Shown here: piece after piece, positions 25,910 through 38,529 of the stretch
How positions within the stretch are numbered: position 1 is the stretch's first letter
Layout: each line of letters begins with the position of its first letter
Made by a program: the position numbers and the translations under genes
Assembly (NCBI GenBank): GCA_051362555.1
Contig: CM120646.1
Location: forward strand, 23,250,001-23,314,000
DNA: 64,000 bases
Direction of reading: 5' to 3'
Origin: Lingula anatina
Taxonomy: Eukaryota; Animalia; Brachiopoda
The notes under the pieces: generated by a model
What the model was told of the DNA's origin: nothing
What the model saw: the letters and a program-made list of their open reading frames with translations, nothing else
Database searches by the model: none

Positions 25910-26083
25910 CTGGGGTAGCGCTAACACTCGCCAATTTAGCCAAATGCTAAAACTGACTTAAAATGGCTAAAGAAAAAGGGCTTGATTTGACATGTATTAG
26001 CCAAAGTATAACCATTTTTGATAACAAATTGACAAAAACGTGGTGATTTGGCTAAGTGAAAAAAATTGCTAGCGCTACCCCAG
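25910..26083. mobile_element. 174-bp MITE with a 5-bp TSD
   Basis: TIRs ctggggtagcgcta / tagcgctaccccag; ACTTG on both flanks. Confidence 0.8.
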
Positions 26084-28298
26084 ACTTGATATCTATTTCA
26101 CGGTAAATACGTCTGCTGAACGAATAAACTGTGTATCTAACTTATGAAGTATATTTGTGCATTAAATTCTAGGGCTTTGCTACGTGTGTTATCATAACAC
26201 AAACAGTTAAGAGACAGCTTGTCGACAGCTTCATTAGAAATTTCTTACCCAGAATCAAAGGTATGTAACACACATTCAGTTTCAAGTTTTGGTATTTTAG
26301 GGGATGTTACTTGTGCCAGTTTTTTATATTCTAGTTTCATATGCAGATGTATGTGTGTTTACAATGAAGTTGAAGTTAACGACTTAGCTTTATCTGACTT
26401 TGTAACAAACTGTGCTTCAATATTCAAGACTTACATATAACACAGAACACTTGTACAACTAAAAGTACTTTAGTAAAATCAGGAAAACTTTGCGGTCTAT
26501 TATGTTGTTCATGTTGCATTGCAAGGGGGCGTGCCAGACAATTAAGCTGATTACAACGACTAAGTGTGATACTCCGCTGAGATAGATTGATCCTGCTACG
26601 ATAGTTTCTATTCTGAACACAGTAAGCCTCTGTTGTTGTAAAACATTTATTGATGTTATGTTTATTTTTCAGATTTTACATCCTAGGCCTGGATGTGAAC
26701 CTTGACCTGGACAATCTTACAGATAATAATAGAAGAGTCACCTGAAATTGCACAGGCAAATTCATCAGATTTAGATGTGAGTACCAACTATGTCTTTCTA
26801 TCATGAAATTCTGGTAGCTACATCATGCATATTTGATTTAATTTTCAATCATTGTTTTTACTTATGCAATATGTTTGATCAGTATATTATTTAGTTATTG
26901 TTTTTATACAGCAATTAATATAAGTTTAAAATATGTTTAATACATTTTCTTTTGACAGCCTGCGCTGCCATCTTCAGGAAGACGCAGTAGTGGATATCCT
27001 GGCGAACCTTTATTGGACTTAGAGTCACCTTGGGACAATCCCCAATAACAAATGTGCATCTTAGGCTTGGCAATCTCACTCAGTTTTGCAGGAAAGGAGG
27101 ATTGGCACCAATGGATTGACAAATATTGACAATTGACAGTTCAGTCACACTAAATTATAGTGGCATGTTGCTTCAAGTTACCACACTTATTCTAAGATTG
27201 CTGAATTATCATTACTGTCTAAGGAGACCCTAGATCTCTCAACCAGAAGAAGAAACTTGGTGATCAGTCAGTTATAAGATTAAAATCTCTGGAACACTAC
27301 CCATCACTGTTGTATTCAGTATATGGAAAAGATGACCGTGATATTGGAACCTTGGAGATTCATAACTTGATTTCACACCTGTGAAAAGTAACTGCTTTGT
27401 TCTTTTACTGTCCAATTGATAATATGAAAATAAAGCACTCCTACTGTCATTGCATGTTGCTGGCTCTGTTTTAATTTTCTTTATAGAAAAAGAATATAGA
27501 TATCAAGATATCACATGTATTTACAAAACCTATGAATCATTTGAAAGGAAAAAGAATGGTTGAAAAATGCAATATAAATCATTTCAAGTGGATTAATTAG
27601 TGTTCAACTTGAGAAAATTGATAAAATGAGACTGTCACTCCCTTTTGCCTTTACAAAAATGCTTTGTGTTTTTTTATTTTTCTCACTTGCTCCCTGAAAA
27701 TAAGGTATATACACAATGCTGATGGCATTGGATATGCACAGTAATAACTCATTAAATGTGGGGTGGGGGGGGGGGTTGAATAATTTGTCACTTATCATTT
27801 TAATTTATTTAGAAGTTGTATGGCTCTGTTTGAAATGAATATTATCTGAAAAATCCTGTATTACAAATCTCAAAATAAAAAACATGCAAAAATGGGCCTC
27901 TTGATTATTTTGAGGAATTACGGTAACTGTATTTTGAGACAGAATTGATGGCAGCCATCTTGTATTTATAAAAATTGGATAGATTTGCCCTTATCAAAGC
28001 ATTGTTTGAATTCCTGGCTGTGAGTGTTTGATTAAATTTGATTATTGGAAGGTATTATCTCAAAATGTAGACCCTACTGATATCTTGATTTCGGTCGTTT
28101 GGTTTTCTGCTAAAATTGCTAAAGTTTGAGGCACTTTTTCAATATCTTCTGTTGTGTTTAACACACTTTTTAAATTTTGTATGATGAGACCAATATATGC
28201 TTAGGATCCCTATTGTTCTTTTAATCTTTGTAATAATAATTATAATAATAGATTTATTTTAAGTCTAAAATCCATTAAAAATGTTCAGTGAGGCAGTG

Positions 28299-30564
28299 TG
28301 TAGAGCCGCATTTTGCAACCGACCGCATTTTGCAACCGGTTGCAAAATGCGTTCAGTTGCAAAATGCGGTCCTAGTAAGTAGAGCCGCATTTTGCAACTG
28401 AACGCATTTTGCAACTGCAACGCATTTTGCAACCAAAGAAAATCGTGAAAACGCATTTTGCAACCGCAACGCATTTTGCAACCAGGATTTTTTTCTAAGT
28501 CCCTGAAACAGCTTGAAGTACGAGACAGGTAGAATTGGAGTGGGGACGGGTTTGCTTCGACTATGTATGCTGAAACTGGCCAGGCTGCCCCTGGGGGGGA
28601 CGAAAATATAAAACTTATTGCACATTGTAATTTCGTAGACTATTAGAGTTAGGAACTCTAAACGTTAATAAACATTTTGTTAGGCATGTGCATGGGATTT
28701 CGGATTTTTTGTTTTTGTTTTTGTTTTTTTTTTTTTAATTGGGGGTGTGGCCGTCCCTAGGGGTGGTTGATTGTACTTTTTTACTTCGTATTTTTCTCAT
28801 ATCTACCCTTATATCTTCAGAATTAGGAAATAAAAACGTTGGGGATTAATACACTATCGTAAGAAATGTGCACGGGCACTTCGGCAATTTATTGTGACAT
28901 TGGTGTGGTTGTCCCTGGGGGTGGTTGATTCTAATTTTACAACGTATTATCTGCTATCTGCCCATGTATCGGCCATTTGAGTTAAAGCATGAAACGTAGC
29001 TACAGTATAATTTGGGATGTTGAATGGCATTTAATTTTTTTTGACTTAGGGTGTGGTCCTGGGGGTGGTTGAAAATAATTAGACGTTGTCATTTCTGCCA
29101 TCTACCTTTAGACCATATAAGTTAGGAACGGAAGGCTATGGGAATTGAAAACATGTCTTTAGGGATATGGATCCCTCTGGGGTATTGATGGGTGTGGCCG
29201 TCCCTTGGGGTGGTTGATTCTATTTTTTTGCACCGTTACTTCTACTATCTACCCTTAGAGTTAGGAACATGAAATGTTGGGGATTGATAATGAATGTACA
29301 TGGGTCTTTGAGGAATTTAGAGAACAGCAGCGGCGCACATAGCACTAAACGGACTTACAGTCGTAGGCATGAATATAGGTCAAGGAATCCAGTTAAAGCT
29401 GTCCTTTTGACCCATGCCAACCATAAGGCCCTACACACTCAGGAATCCTGGCGTTCAACTAGCCGTTGTGTCTTAATACAAAACAAATATGTTAATTAAT
29501 CATAAATAGTAATTAGCATGTGTGTTGCTCTACAGAGGCTATGCCTGAAAGTATGGGATCTTGCATGGGTTTTTAATTAACTTGACCTATATTCAAGCAT
29601 ACCGCTGAAGGTCTGTTATTAAGTGCCGTCTGCTGCGTTCTTTGCATTCCCCTTCCTTCTTAACTCGAAGACAGCTTTCAGATTCACACATCCTACTAGC
29701 TGGGTCGGTCCAACTCTGCAGGGGATCTCACTTAAGTGCAATCAGTGGAATCAGCTTAATTGTCTGACATACCACCAATCACCCCATCCCCTGAGGGACA
29801 GTCACACCCAAAGTCACACTAAAATTCCCTTGTACCCATGCACCAAAGACTCGTGCTCCTAACTCGAACGGACGAGAAGGAGATGAAAGAAATTACGGTG
29901 AAAATATTACAGTCAAGTAACTATCCCCAGGGACGGGCACTCCCCAAGTGACCAAAAAATTCCGATGTGCCCAAGCACATCTCTAACGATCTCAACCACC
30001 CCCAGGGACAACTACACCCCAAGTCACAAAAAATCTGGAGTGCCTACGCACATTTCTTACGATGGTATTAATCCCCAACGCTTTTATTTCCTAATTCTAA
30101 AGATGTAAAATTACAATCAACCACCCCTTGGGACGGCCACACCCCTATGTGCATGCCTAACAATATCTTTTTTACTCCCTGACGTTTCAACCTCCTAACT
30201 CTAATGGTTTAGGAAATTACAATGTGAAATAAGTTTTATATTATCGTCCACCCCAGGGGCAGCCTGGCCAGTTTTAGCATACAGTACATAGTCGAAGCAA
30301 ACCCGTCCCCACTCCAATTCTACCCGTAGTCTACCTGTCTCGTACTTCAAGCTGTTTCAGGGACTTAGAAAAAAATCCTGGTTGCAAAATGCGTTGCGGT
30401 TGCAAAATGCGTTTTCACGATTTTCTTTGGTTGCAAAATGCGTTGCAGTTGCAAAATGCGTTCAGTTGCAAAATGCGGCTCTACTTAGTAGGACCGCATT
30501 TTGCAACTGAACGCATTTTGCAACCGGTTGCAAAATGCGGTCGGTTGCAAAATGCGGCTCTACA
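28299..30564. mobile_element. Non-autonomous DNA transposon with long TIRs, TGT...ACA ends and a 4-bp TSD (Ginger-like)
   Basis: Over 300 bp of inverted repeat built from cgcattttgcaac motifs; AGTG on both flanks; mirrored internal gggtgtgg..gtccc..ggggtggttga repeats; no transposase ORF. Confidence 0.85.
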
Positions 30565-31730
30565 AGTGCCCGTATAATGGCAGAAAAGTAAAACACACTA
30601 AGTCTGACCGCATATATCCGGTAACCAGATGACCTGCATATACTGGCAATATGTTTGTTCATACAAAGCGATCCATCTAAAAATACACCAAGATTTTTTT
30701 TGCATAGGTTGTTGGCTTAATAATGCTTGATCCAATTTTGAGCTGAATTTGTTGTACTATCATAATCTGTCTGTCTATGCCTATATTATGTGGTGTTTAA
30801 GTCAGTTACAAGTCACGTTGAGTCTGATGCAAGAGGCAGTGCCCGTATAATGGCAGAAAAGTAAAACACACGAAGTCTGACCGCATATATCCGGTAACCA
30901 GATGTCATGAATAACAGTCCATTTTACAGGTCATTATCTTTTCTGGCGCCCTGCATTTTCCATTTCAGTTAGTGAAAAAATACACCATTCTTATATTATG
31001 TATTACTTCTATCCCTTGGGACTACACGTGAGTCCCGTGTCTCAATGAAGCAAGGAATCAACAGCATATCTGAATTTTGTCTTGTTTCGCATGTTAACGA
31101 AATGCTGTCCTCCCAGTGCATATAATTGAAATATTAGCAAGGCTACCTTCTAATGTAGTCCAAAATAAAACACCGTATTTAATATCTGCAACCGTATCAC
31201 ATGACTTACTTATGGTGAGTTATTACACTTATTTTTAATTTGTTATATTTTATTGAAGGAATTGGTACGAAATAAACCACAAGCTACTCTCATTCAATAA
31301 AAGAAAAAAAATCTGTCCTTTCCTAAATTTTATTACTTTGTTTGCATTTTTCTCTATTGTTCTTGAAATTAAGACCATATGATAAAAAACACTTTTCCGA
31401 GTTACTTTTTGTGCTTCCAAGGTCCGCTGAACAGCATTTAGCTCTCTCATCAAATTGTTATGAAAATTCAAATTCAGCAGTTAAAAGCGTTTATTAGACC
31501 TTGATTGATGCAATGATTTTTGTTTTTATTATATGGAATCGAGTTTAGATATTTTACTTGAACTTGAACATAAGGTAAAGGATAAAGTCGATTTTCTGTA
31601 ATGCTACTGAGTAATCCCTCATTTGCTGATAACAGTGCTCAATCTTTAAAATGTCGTTGAAAAAGGCCCAGGATCATTCAAATGGTCCTTCCCCCAAGTC
31701 CTTTATCTCTTTTCCCCTGTAATTGGATAA

Positions 31731-31936
31731 TTCTATTTTTCCATAAAAAACCTTCACCCTTCTTCTTGCTGCCTGTAAGGAACGACAAATGTTTCATAAC
31801 CATTTCACTCCTACCTGCACCTTTGCTGTATCTACTTCAGAGAAAATCTCTAGACAAAATGGAATGTTGAAAATCTTGAGGAAATTGGCGAACTCTTAAT
31901 CAACAGGAATGTTTTCTCCGTTTGCATCCACCAGCT

Positions 31937-31981
<45 letters not shown>

Positions 31982-32064
31982 GGAAGAGCCCATTAAACTT
32001 CCATGTCTAGGTATTGGCAATCAACCAGTTTTGCTTGGATTTCTGTCTTGGCTGAGATAAAAGT
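31731..32064 (-). pseudogene. SCP-like EF-hand gene copy 0: 3' remnant
   Basis: FISAKTEIQAKLVD..LDMEV*WAL, then a 43-nt homopolymer (31938-31980), then ELVDANGE..EFANFLKIF..EIFSEVD..EMVMKHLSF. Stops and frameshifts present; 5' part absent. Confidence 0.85.
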
Positions 32065-32476
32065 TTTGGTTCATACAATGACAAATTAACAGTGTTCTAT
32101 ACTTCCTCATGTGTTGGACGTAATAGCACGGGTACTGTACATGAATGTCAGACATAAAGCTGGAGAGGAAAACAAACCTTAACACAGGCTAACAAGAAGA
32201 TCAATTTAACATATATCATATGCATGGAGTTATATGTAAATTACAAATATCAAATATCTAGCCGTAGTTTATAATGTCACTTTTGTAAATGAAAGTTTCT
32301 TACATATTATCTTATACAACTTAATTAAACAAAGTTTAGTGTAATTTTAGGTTGATTCGACGTTTTATTTCAGCTTGATAATAAACCGAATATAACAATT
32401 TATTCTGGTTACATTTGTTGTTCGGCTTGTGACCTCGAAAGTGTTCACTTGTTGAGATCAGGTGAGAGCCATTGGG

Positions 32477-33553
32477 TTAAATTACTTTCCCGTAAAAATA
32501 TGCACCTTTCATCGTGTCCCCTGTATTGAACAGCAAAGGATTTATAACCATTTCACTTTTGCTTATAGTACCGTTTCTGTCGAAATCCATGTCAGAGAAA
32601 ATTTCTGGAGAAAATTCAGCGTGGAAAATCTTGAGAAAGTTGGCATACTCTTTTGCATCAAGGGTATTATCCCCGTTTTCATCCACCAGATCAAAGAACG
32701 TAAGAGCCCATTCGTCTTCCTTGTCCAGATTATGTCGCTCAACAAATTTTGAAATTATTTCAGCTTTATTTTTGATCACATCGTTTGCGGTAACGCTTTC
32801 TAAGTTTTTGTCATTCATAATCTCTTTCCACGCCGTGTCCCATACGGCCTGCAAAAAAGCTCTCATTTTAACTTCCTTCTCGTGGGATTTTGTTATTGCA
32901 CCTACTCTTGCTGCCGTCATATTAACGTATTCGTTTTTATCAAGTTTTCCATCTCCGTTTATGTCCAGGATGTCTATGACATATCTCCATTTGGCAGCCC
33001 AAATATCACTTGGTGACTCTTCTTGTACCTGTAAGAGAAACAGACAATCATCATCTTATGATTAAGGTTCCATCACTTTACACCATTATCAACGTTCCAA
33101 TGCGTTTAATCTACTATAATTAAAGTAATAAACCAATATGTTTTATTGTGTTTACATGCCTTGCTACTCGGTGTTCAGAGCATCACTGTTTACTGCCTAT
33201 GGCACACTGTGTAATACTGGTGGTGTGCAGTACTGTAGTAAGCAGTATTGTTTTATGGATCTTATAAGTATTTGTTATTGAATTATAAGCATGAACCTGA
33301 ACTGCTAACACTGGCCTTAGAATTCAACACTCGTTTTGCCAAATTGGACATTATTTTTTTTAACGCCAAATAACAAAGATGACAAATACATTTTTTTCAT
33401 GCATTATCCGAGAAATATTACATAACATGAAGAAAAACTTTTGTAAGTCAGCACAGAAAATTTTGATACCTTTTTATCCCGTATAACCAGTGTGGAACCA
33501 ACGCCACCCGTCAACATGGCAGCAAACACAATTGTCAACAGACTGCAGAACAT
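32477..33553 (-). CDS. Secreted SCP-like EF-hand protein, copy 1 (211 aa, intact)
   Basis: Exons 33553-33470 (MFCSLLTIVFAAMLTGGVGSTLVIRDKK|GT) and 33028-32477 (AG|VQEESPSDIWAAKW..DINGDGKLDKNE..DENGDNTLDAKE..DFDRNGTISKSE..FYGKVI*); phase-0 intron; non-coding exon-1 donor at 33733. Confidence 0.88.
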
Positions 33554-33640
33554 CTTGGTTGGGTGCAAGTTTTCTTAAGGATGTTATATTCCAAGATCTG
33601 AAAGATATAATTTTGAATCCTCGTTATCGCTCACAAAAAA

Positions 33641-33679
<39 letters not shown>

Positions 33680-33784
33680 TTATAAGTAAATTACTTTTAT
33701 CCACAAACTTAAAGAATAAAAATGTGATTTACCTTGGCTGTTCCAAACAGTCGTATGTATTCTACCGACTCCGTTATCAGCAAA

Positions 33785-33880
33785 GAAATAAGAGAAAACT
33801 GTGCAATACATGTTATATGTAAGAGAAGCTTTACTATCCCATTTTGGTAATTAGCATGACAAAGACGTCAGGTGATGAGC
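33785..33880 (-). promoter_or_regulatory. Putative core promoter: CRE-like TGACGTC, octamer-like ATGCTAAT and TATA-like CATATAA, recurring upstream of most paralogs
   Basis: Plus-strand ttagcatgacaaagacgtca at ~33851, ~37083 and ~40158; variants at ~44090, ~47218-47260, ~57281 and ~61255, each ~110-130 bp upstream of an exon-1 donor. Confidence 0.55.
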
Positions 33881-35443
33881 AGACGTTTTGTGCTGTTCTA
33901 TTTTTGTAACATATCCACACCCACTTTGCAATTATTGTTACAAGATTGTGTATTTGATAATGCATCCAGTTCGAAATGTATGCTATATTATTTGAACAGG
34001 TATTATGATTTCTGAATATGGAAGGAAAACTGGTCTGTTAAGGAATTGGGCTCTCACAACTTTTTGTAACATTGGATGTTCATGACAAAAGAACATACAT
34101 GTGTAAGTGGCAGATAATGGGAAACAAAAGGTTAATTGGTAGGTTTTTTAATGTGGAAAACATTGACAGAACAATTTCATGGCAATTAATCAATCTTTTA
34201 TCAAAAAGATGTACTCGAAATATAAATTTGATCCTCATGACGTAATTTGACCCTGCTCAGTCATACGTGAAAAGACACGACAATCCATCGTGTGCATCGA
34301 AGCATGACTTCCCCAGGAACCTATATTTACATAAACATTTGTTATATGAAATAAATCTTTTACATTCTGGGTATTTTTCTAAGTGTTCACTTTTTTAAAT
34401 ACGCCCTGTATTGTATTTCTAACACTAAATTTGGTGTGTAATTTTCAACTGGTACACGGAATAAATGTATGCCTACACATGATTAAGACCGATACGGCAT
34501 GTCACTAAATAATAATGATGGAACCTGAAAAACATAAAATATTTTGATTTACCTTACTACAAAGAAAGCTCTTTTGCCACCTCCCGATCCCGTTGATCCG
34601 CAAAGGAATAAATGTGTATCGTATGTTATTTGTAATGTCGTGTTGTCGTTAATATCGCATGAGGGTTATTAGCATGATAAAGACAGTAGGCTGACGACAC
34701 GTGTGTGGTTTTTGTTTGTTTTTAATATCCTGTATGTTCCCTTTCAAAAATTATGTTTTCATATGTGATGATGGTGTCAGAATAACATAATTGCCAAGGA
34801 AAAACGCTTGAACAGTCCTATTTTTAAAAAGAATTCGCATTTTAAGCTTGAACTCCACGGAATTAATGGTAGGATTGTTACCTTTATGGCTGTTTGATTA
34901 TTTTGATTATATACATTATAAAGTGCTTCATAACGTCGCGTCTCTGTCGTAATGTCTGTTATGTGTTGAACAGGCTAAAATAACATAAGACTCTTGATAC
35001 AGATAATGACAGGACAACAGTGTACTATATTCTCCCTCACGTGTTGGGCGTAACAGCACTGTGCTTGTATGTCACATATTGAGCCGGAGAAGACAAAACC
35101 TAAACACTAACCAACAAGAAGATCAGTTAAACACACAGGTAGGTTCATAAAAACGACCTGTTAAATTCTTTCTATCTGAATTCAAATTATTTCGCATGGA
35201 CCAACATGTATATCAAAACACAAGGGATGTATACTGAAACATAAATCTGGCCATAGTTAATAATATCATTTCTGTAAATGTATGTTCTGTATATTCTTAC
35301 ATGTTATTTTATACGACTTAGCAACACATTTGTGTAATTTAAGGTTGATTTGACATTTATTTCAGCTTGATATTAAAACAAAGAAATTTATATTCTGGTT
35401 ACATCTGTTGTTCTCTTATTGAGACCAGTTGAGTGCCATTGGG

Positions 35444-36511
35444 TTAAATCACTTTCCCGTAAAAATTTGCACCTTTCATGGTGTCCCCTGTATTGAACAG
35501 CAAATGATTTATAACCATTTCAGCTCTGCTAATATCACCACTTTTGTCAAAATCCATTTCAGAGAAAATTTCTGCAGAAAATTTAGCGTGAAAAATCTTG
35601 AGGAAATTGGCATACTCTTTTGCAACAAGAGCGTCATCCTCGTTTTCATCTACCAACTCAAAGAACGTAAGAGCCCATTTGTCTTCGATGTCCAGATGGT
35701 GTACCTCAACAAATTTTGAAATCATTTCAGCTTTGTTTTTGATCACGTCGTTTGCAGTAAAGCTTACTAAGTTTTCGTCATTCAACACCTCTTTCCACCA
35801 CTTGTCCCATATGGCTTGCAAATAAGCTCTCATTATTTCTTCCTTCTCGGCAGACTTCGTTATTGCGCCTACTCTTGCTGCCATCATATTTATGTACTCG
35901 TTTTTATCCAGTTTTCCATCTCCGTTTATGTCCAGGATGTCTATGACATATCTCCATTTGGCAGCCCAAATATCACTTGGTGTCTCTTCTTGTACCTGTA
36001 AGAGAAACAGACAATCATCATCTTTTGATTAAGGTTCTATCACTTTACACCGTTATCAACGTTCCAATGCATTTTATGTTCTATAATAAAAGTAATAAAA
36101 CAATAAGTTTTTATTGTGTTTACATGCCTTGCTGCTCGGTGTTCAGAGCATCACTGTTTACTGCCTATGGCTCACTGTGTTATACTGGTAGTGTGCAGTA
36201 CTGTAGTAAGCAGTGTTGTTTTATGGATCTTATTAGTATTTGTTATTGAATTATAAGCATGAACCTGAACTGCTAACACTGGCCTTAGAATTCAACACTC
36301 GTTTAGCCAAATTGGACGTAATTTTTTTAAAGCAAAAATGACAAATACATTGTTTCATGCATTATCTGAGAAATATAACAATAGATAAAGAAAATCTTTG
36401 GTAAGTCAGCATAGGACATTTTGATACCTTTTTATCCCGTATAACCAGTGTGGAACCAACGCCACCCGTCAACATGGTAGCAAACACAGTTATCAATAGA
36501 CTGAAGTACAT
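35444..36511 (-). CDS. Secreted SCP-like EF-hand protein, copy 2 (211 aa, intact)
   Basis: Exons 36511-36428 (MYFSLLITVFATMLTGGVGSTLVIRDKK) and 35995-35444 (552 bp, open); exon-1 donor at 36964. Confidence 0.88.
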
Positions 36512-38529
36512 CTTGGTTGGGTGCAGGTCTTCTTAAAGATGTTATATTCCAAGATCTGAAAGATATAATTTTTAATCTTCGTTATTGCTCAAAAAAAAAA
36601 AAAAAAAAAAAAAACTCATATTCTCCAATTTTAATTAAAATCTAATTCATCAGCGGACATATATACAACAGTTCATTGGTGAATCAAAGGCACTTCATCA
36701 GACCATCAGTTGGACAAAATGTGGATATTTTGGACCTTGGACCCCCTGTGGTTCAACCGAAGGGTGCAGGTTGGGGGGATTTACTTTTTGGGCCACGAGA
36801 TCGTCTCTGACAAAAATTGGGGGAAGGCGCAACCTGTCTCACATATTGGACAGAGTTATAGCGTGTAGTTCTGTTGCAAGTAGTACTGTTTTATGGATCA
36901 TATTAGTATTTATTCATGATTAACATTACTTTTATCTAATAGAGAAAAAAAATTGTGATTTACCTTGGATGTTCCAAACAAAGTTATGTCTTCTACTGAC
37001 TCCGTTGATCAACAAAGGAATAAGAGAAAACTGTGCAATACATGTTATATGTAAGAGAAGCTTTACTATCCCATGGTGGTAATTAGCATGACAAAGACGT
37101 CAGGTGATGATCAGACGTTGAGTGCTGTTCTATTTTTGTAACATATCTACCGTACATCCACTTTGAAATCATTGTTACAAGATTGTGTATTTGATAATAT
37201 ATCCAGTTCGAAATGTATGCAACAGGAAACAAAAGGTGAATTGGTAGGTTTTTAATGTGGAAACCATTGACAGAACAATTTCATGGCAATTAATCAACCT
37301 TTTTGCAAAAAGATGTACTCGAAATATAAATTTGATCCTCATGACGTAATTTGACCCTGCTCAGTCATACGTGAAAAGACACGACAATCCATGGTGTGCA
37401 TTGAAGCATGACTTCCCCATGAACCTATAATTTCATAAACATTTGTTATATGAAATAAAACTTTTAAATTCTGGGTATTTTTCTAAGTGTTCACTTTTTT
37501 AAATACGCCCTGTATTGTATTTCTAACACTAAATTTGGTGTGTAATTTTCAACTGGTACACGGAATAAATGTATGCCTACACATGATTAAGACCGATACG
37601 ACATGTCACTAATTAATAATGATGGAACCTGAAAAACATAAAATATTTCGATTTACCTTACTGCAAAGAAAGCTCTTTTGCCACCTCCCGATCCCGTTGA
37701 TCCGCAAAGGAATAAATGTGTATCGTATGTTATTTGTGATGTCGTGTTGTCGTTAATATCGCATGAGGGTTATTAGCATGATAAAGACACTAAGCTGACG
37801 ACACGTGTGTGTTTTTTGTTTGTTTTTAATATCCTGTCTGTTCCCTTTAAAAAAATATGTTTTCATATGTGATGATGGTTTCAGAATAACATACTTGCTA
37901 AGGAAAAACGATTTTTTTAATTTTCGCATTGGATTCAACTCCACAGAATTAAAAGAAGAATTGTTACCTTTATGGCTGTTGGATTATTTTAATTATATAT
38001 ATTATAAAATGCTTCATAACGTCGCGTCTCTGTCGTAATGTCTGTTATATGTTGTACAGGCTAAAATAACATAAGACTCTTGATACAGATAATGACAGGA
38101 CAACAGTGTACTATATTCTCCCTCACGTGTTGGGCGTAACAGCACTGTGCATGTATGTCACATATTGAGCCGGAGAAGACAAAACCTAAACACTAACTAA
38201 CAAGAAGATCAGTTAAACACACAGGTAGGTTCATAAAAACGACCCGTTAAATTCTTTCTATCTGAATTCAAATTATTTCGCATGGACCAACATGTATATC
38301 AAAACACAAGGGATGTATACTGAAACATAAATCTGGCCATAGTTAATAATATCATTTCTGTAAATGTATGTTCTGTATATTCTTACATGTTATTTTATAC
38401 GACTTAGCAACACATTTGTGTAATTTAAGGTTGATTTGACATTTATTTCAGCTTGATATTAAAACAAAGAAATTTATATTCTGGTTACATCTGTTGTTCT
38501 CTTATTGAGACCAGTTGAGTGCCATTGGG

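Noticed and set aside
28265-30662. Paired ORFs MRCGCKMRFHDFLWLQNAL on opposite strands
   Set aside because: Translations of the transposon TIR motifs, not genes.
32514-33065. 183-aa plus-strand ORF and similar antisense ORFs over each EF-hand exon
   Set aside because: Shadow frames of the minus-strand coding exons with no independent motifs or splice support.
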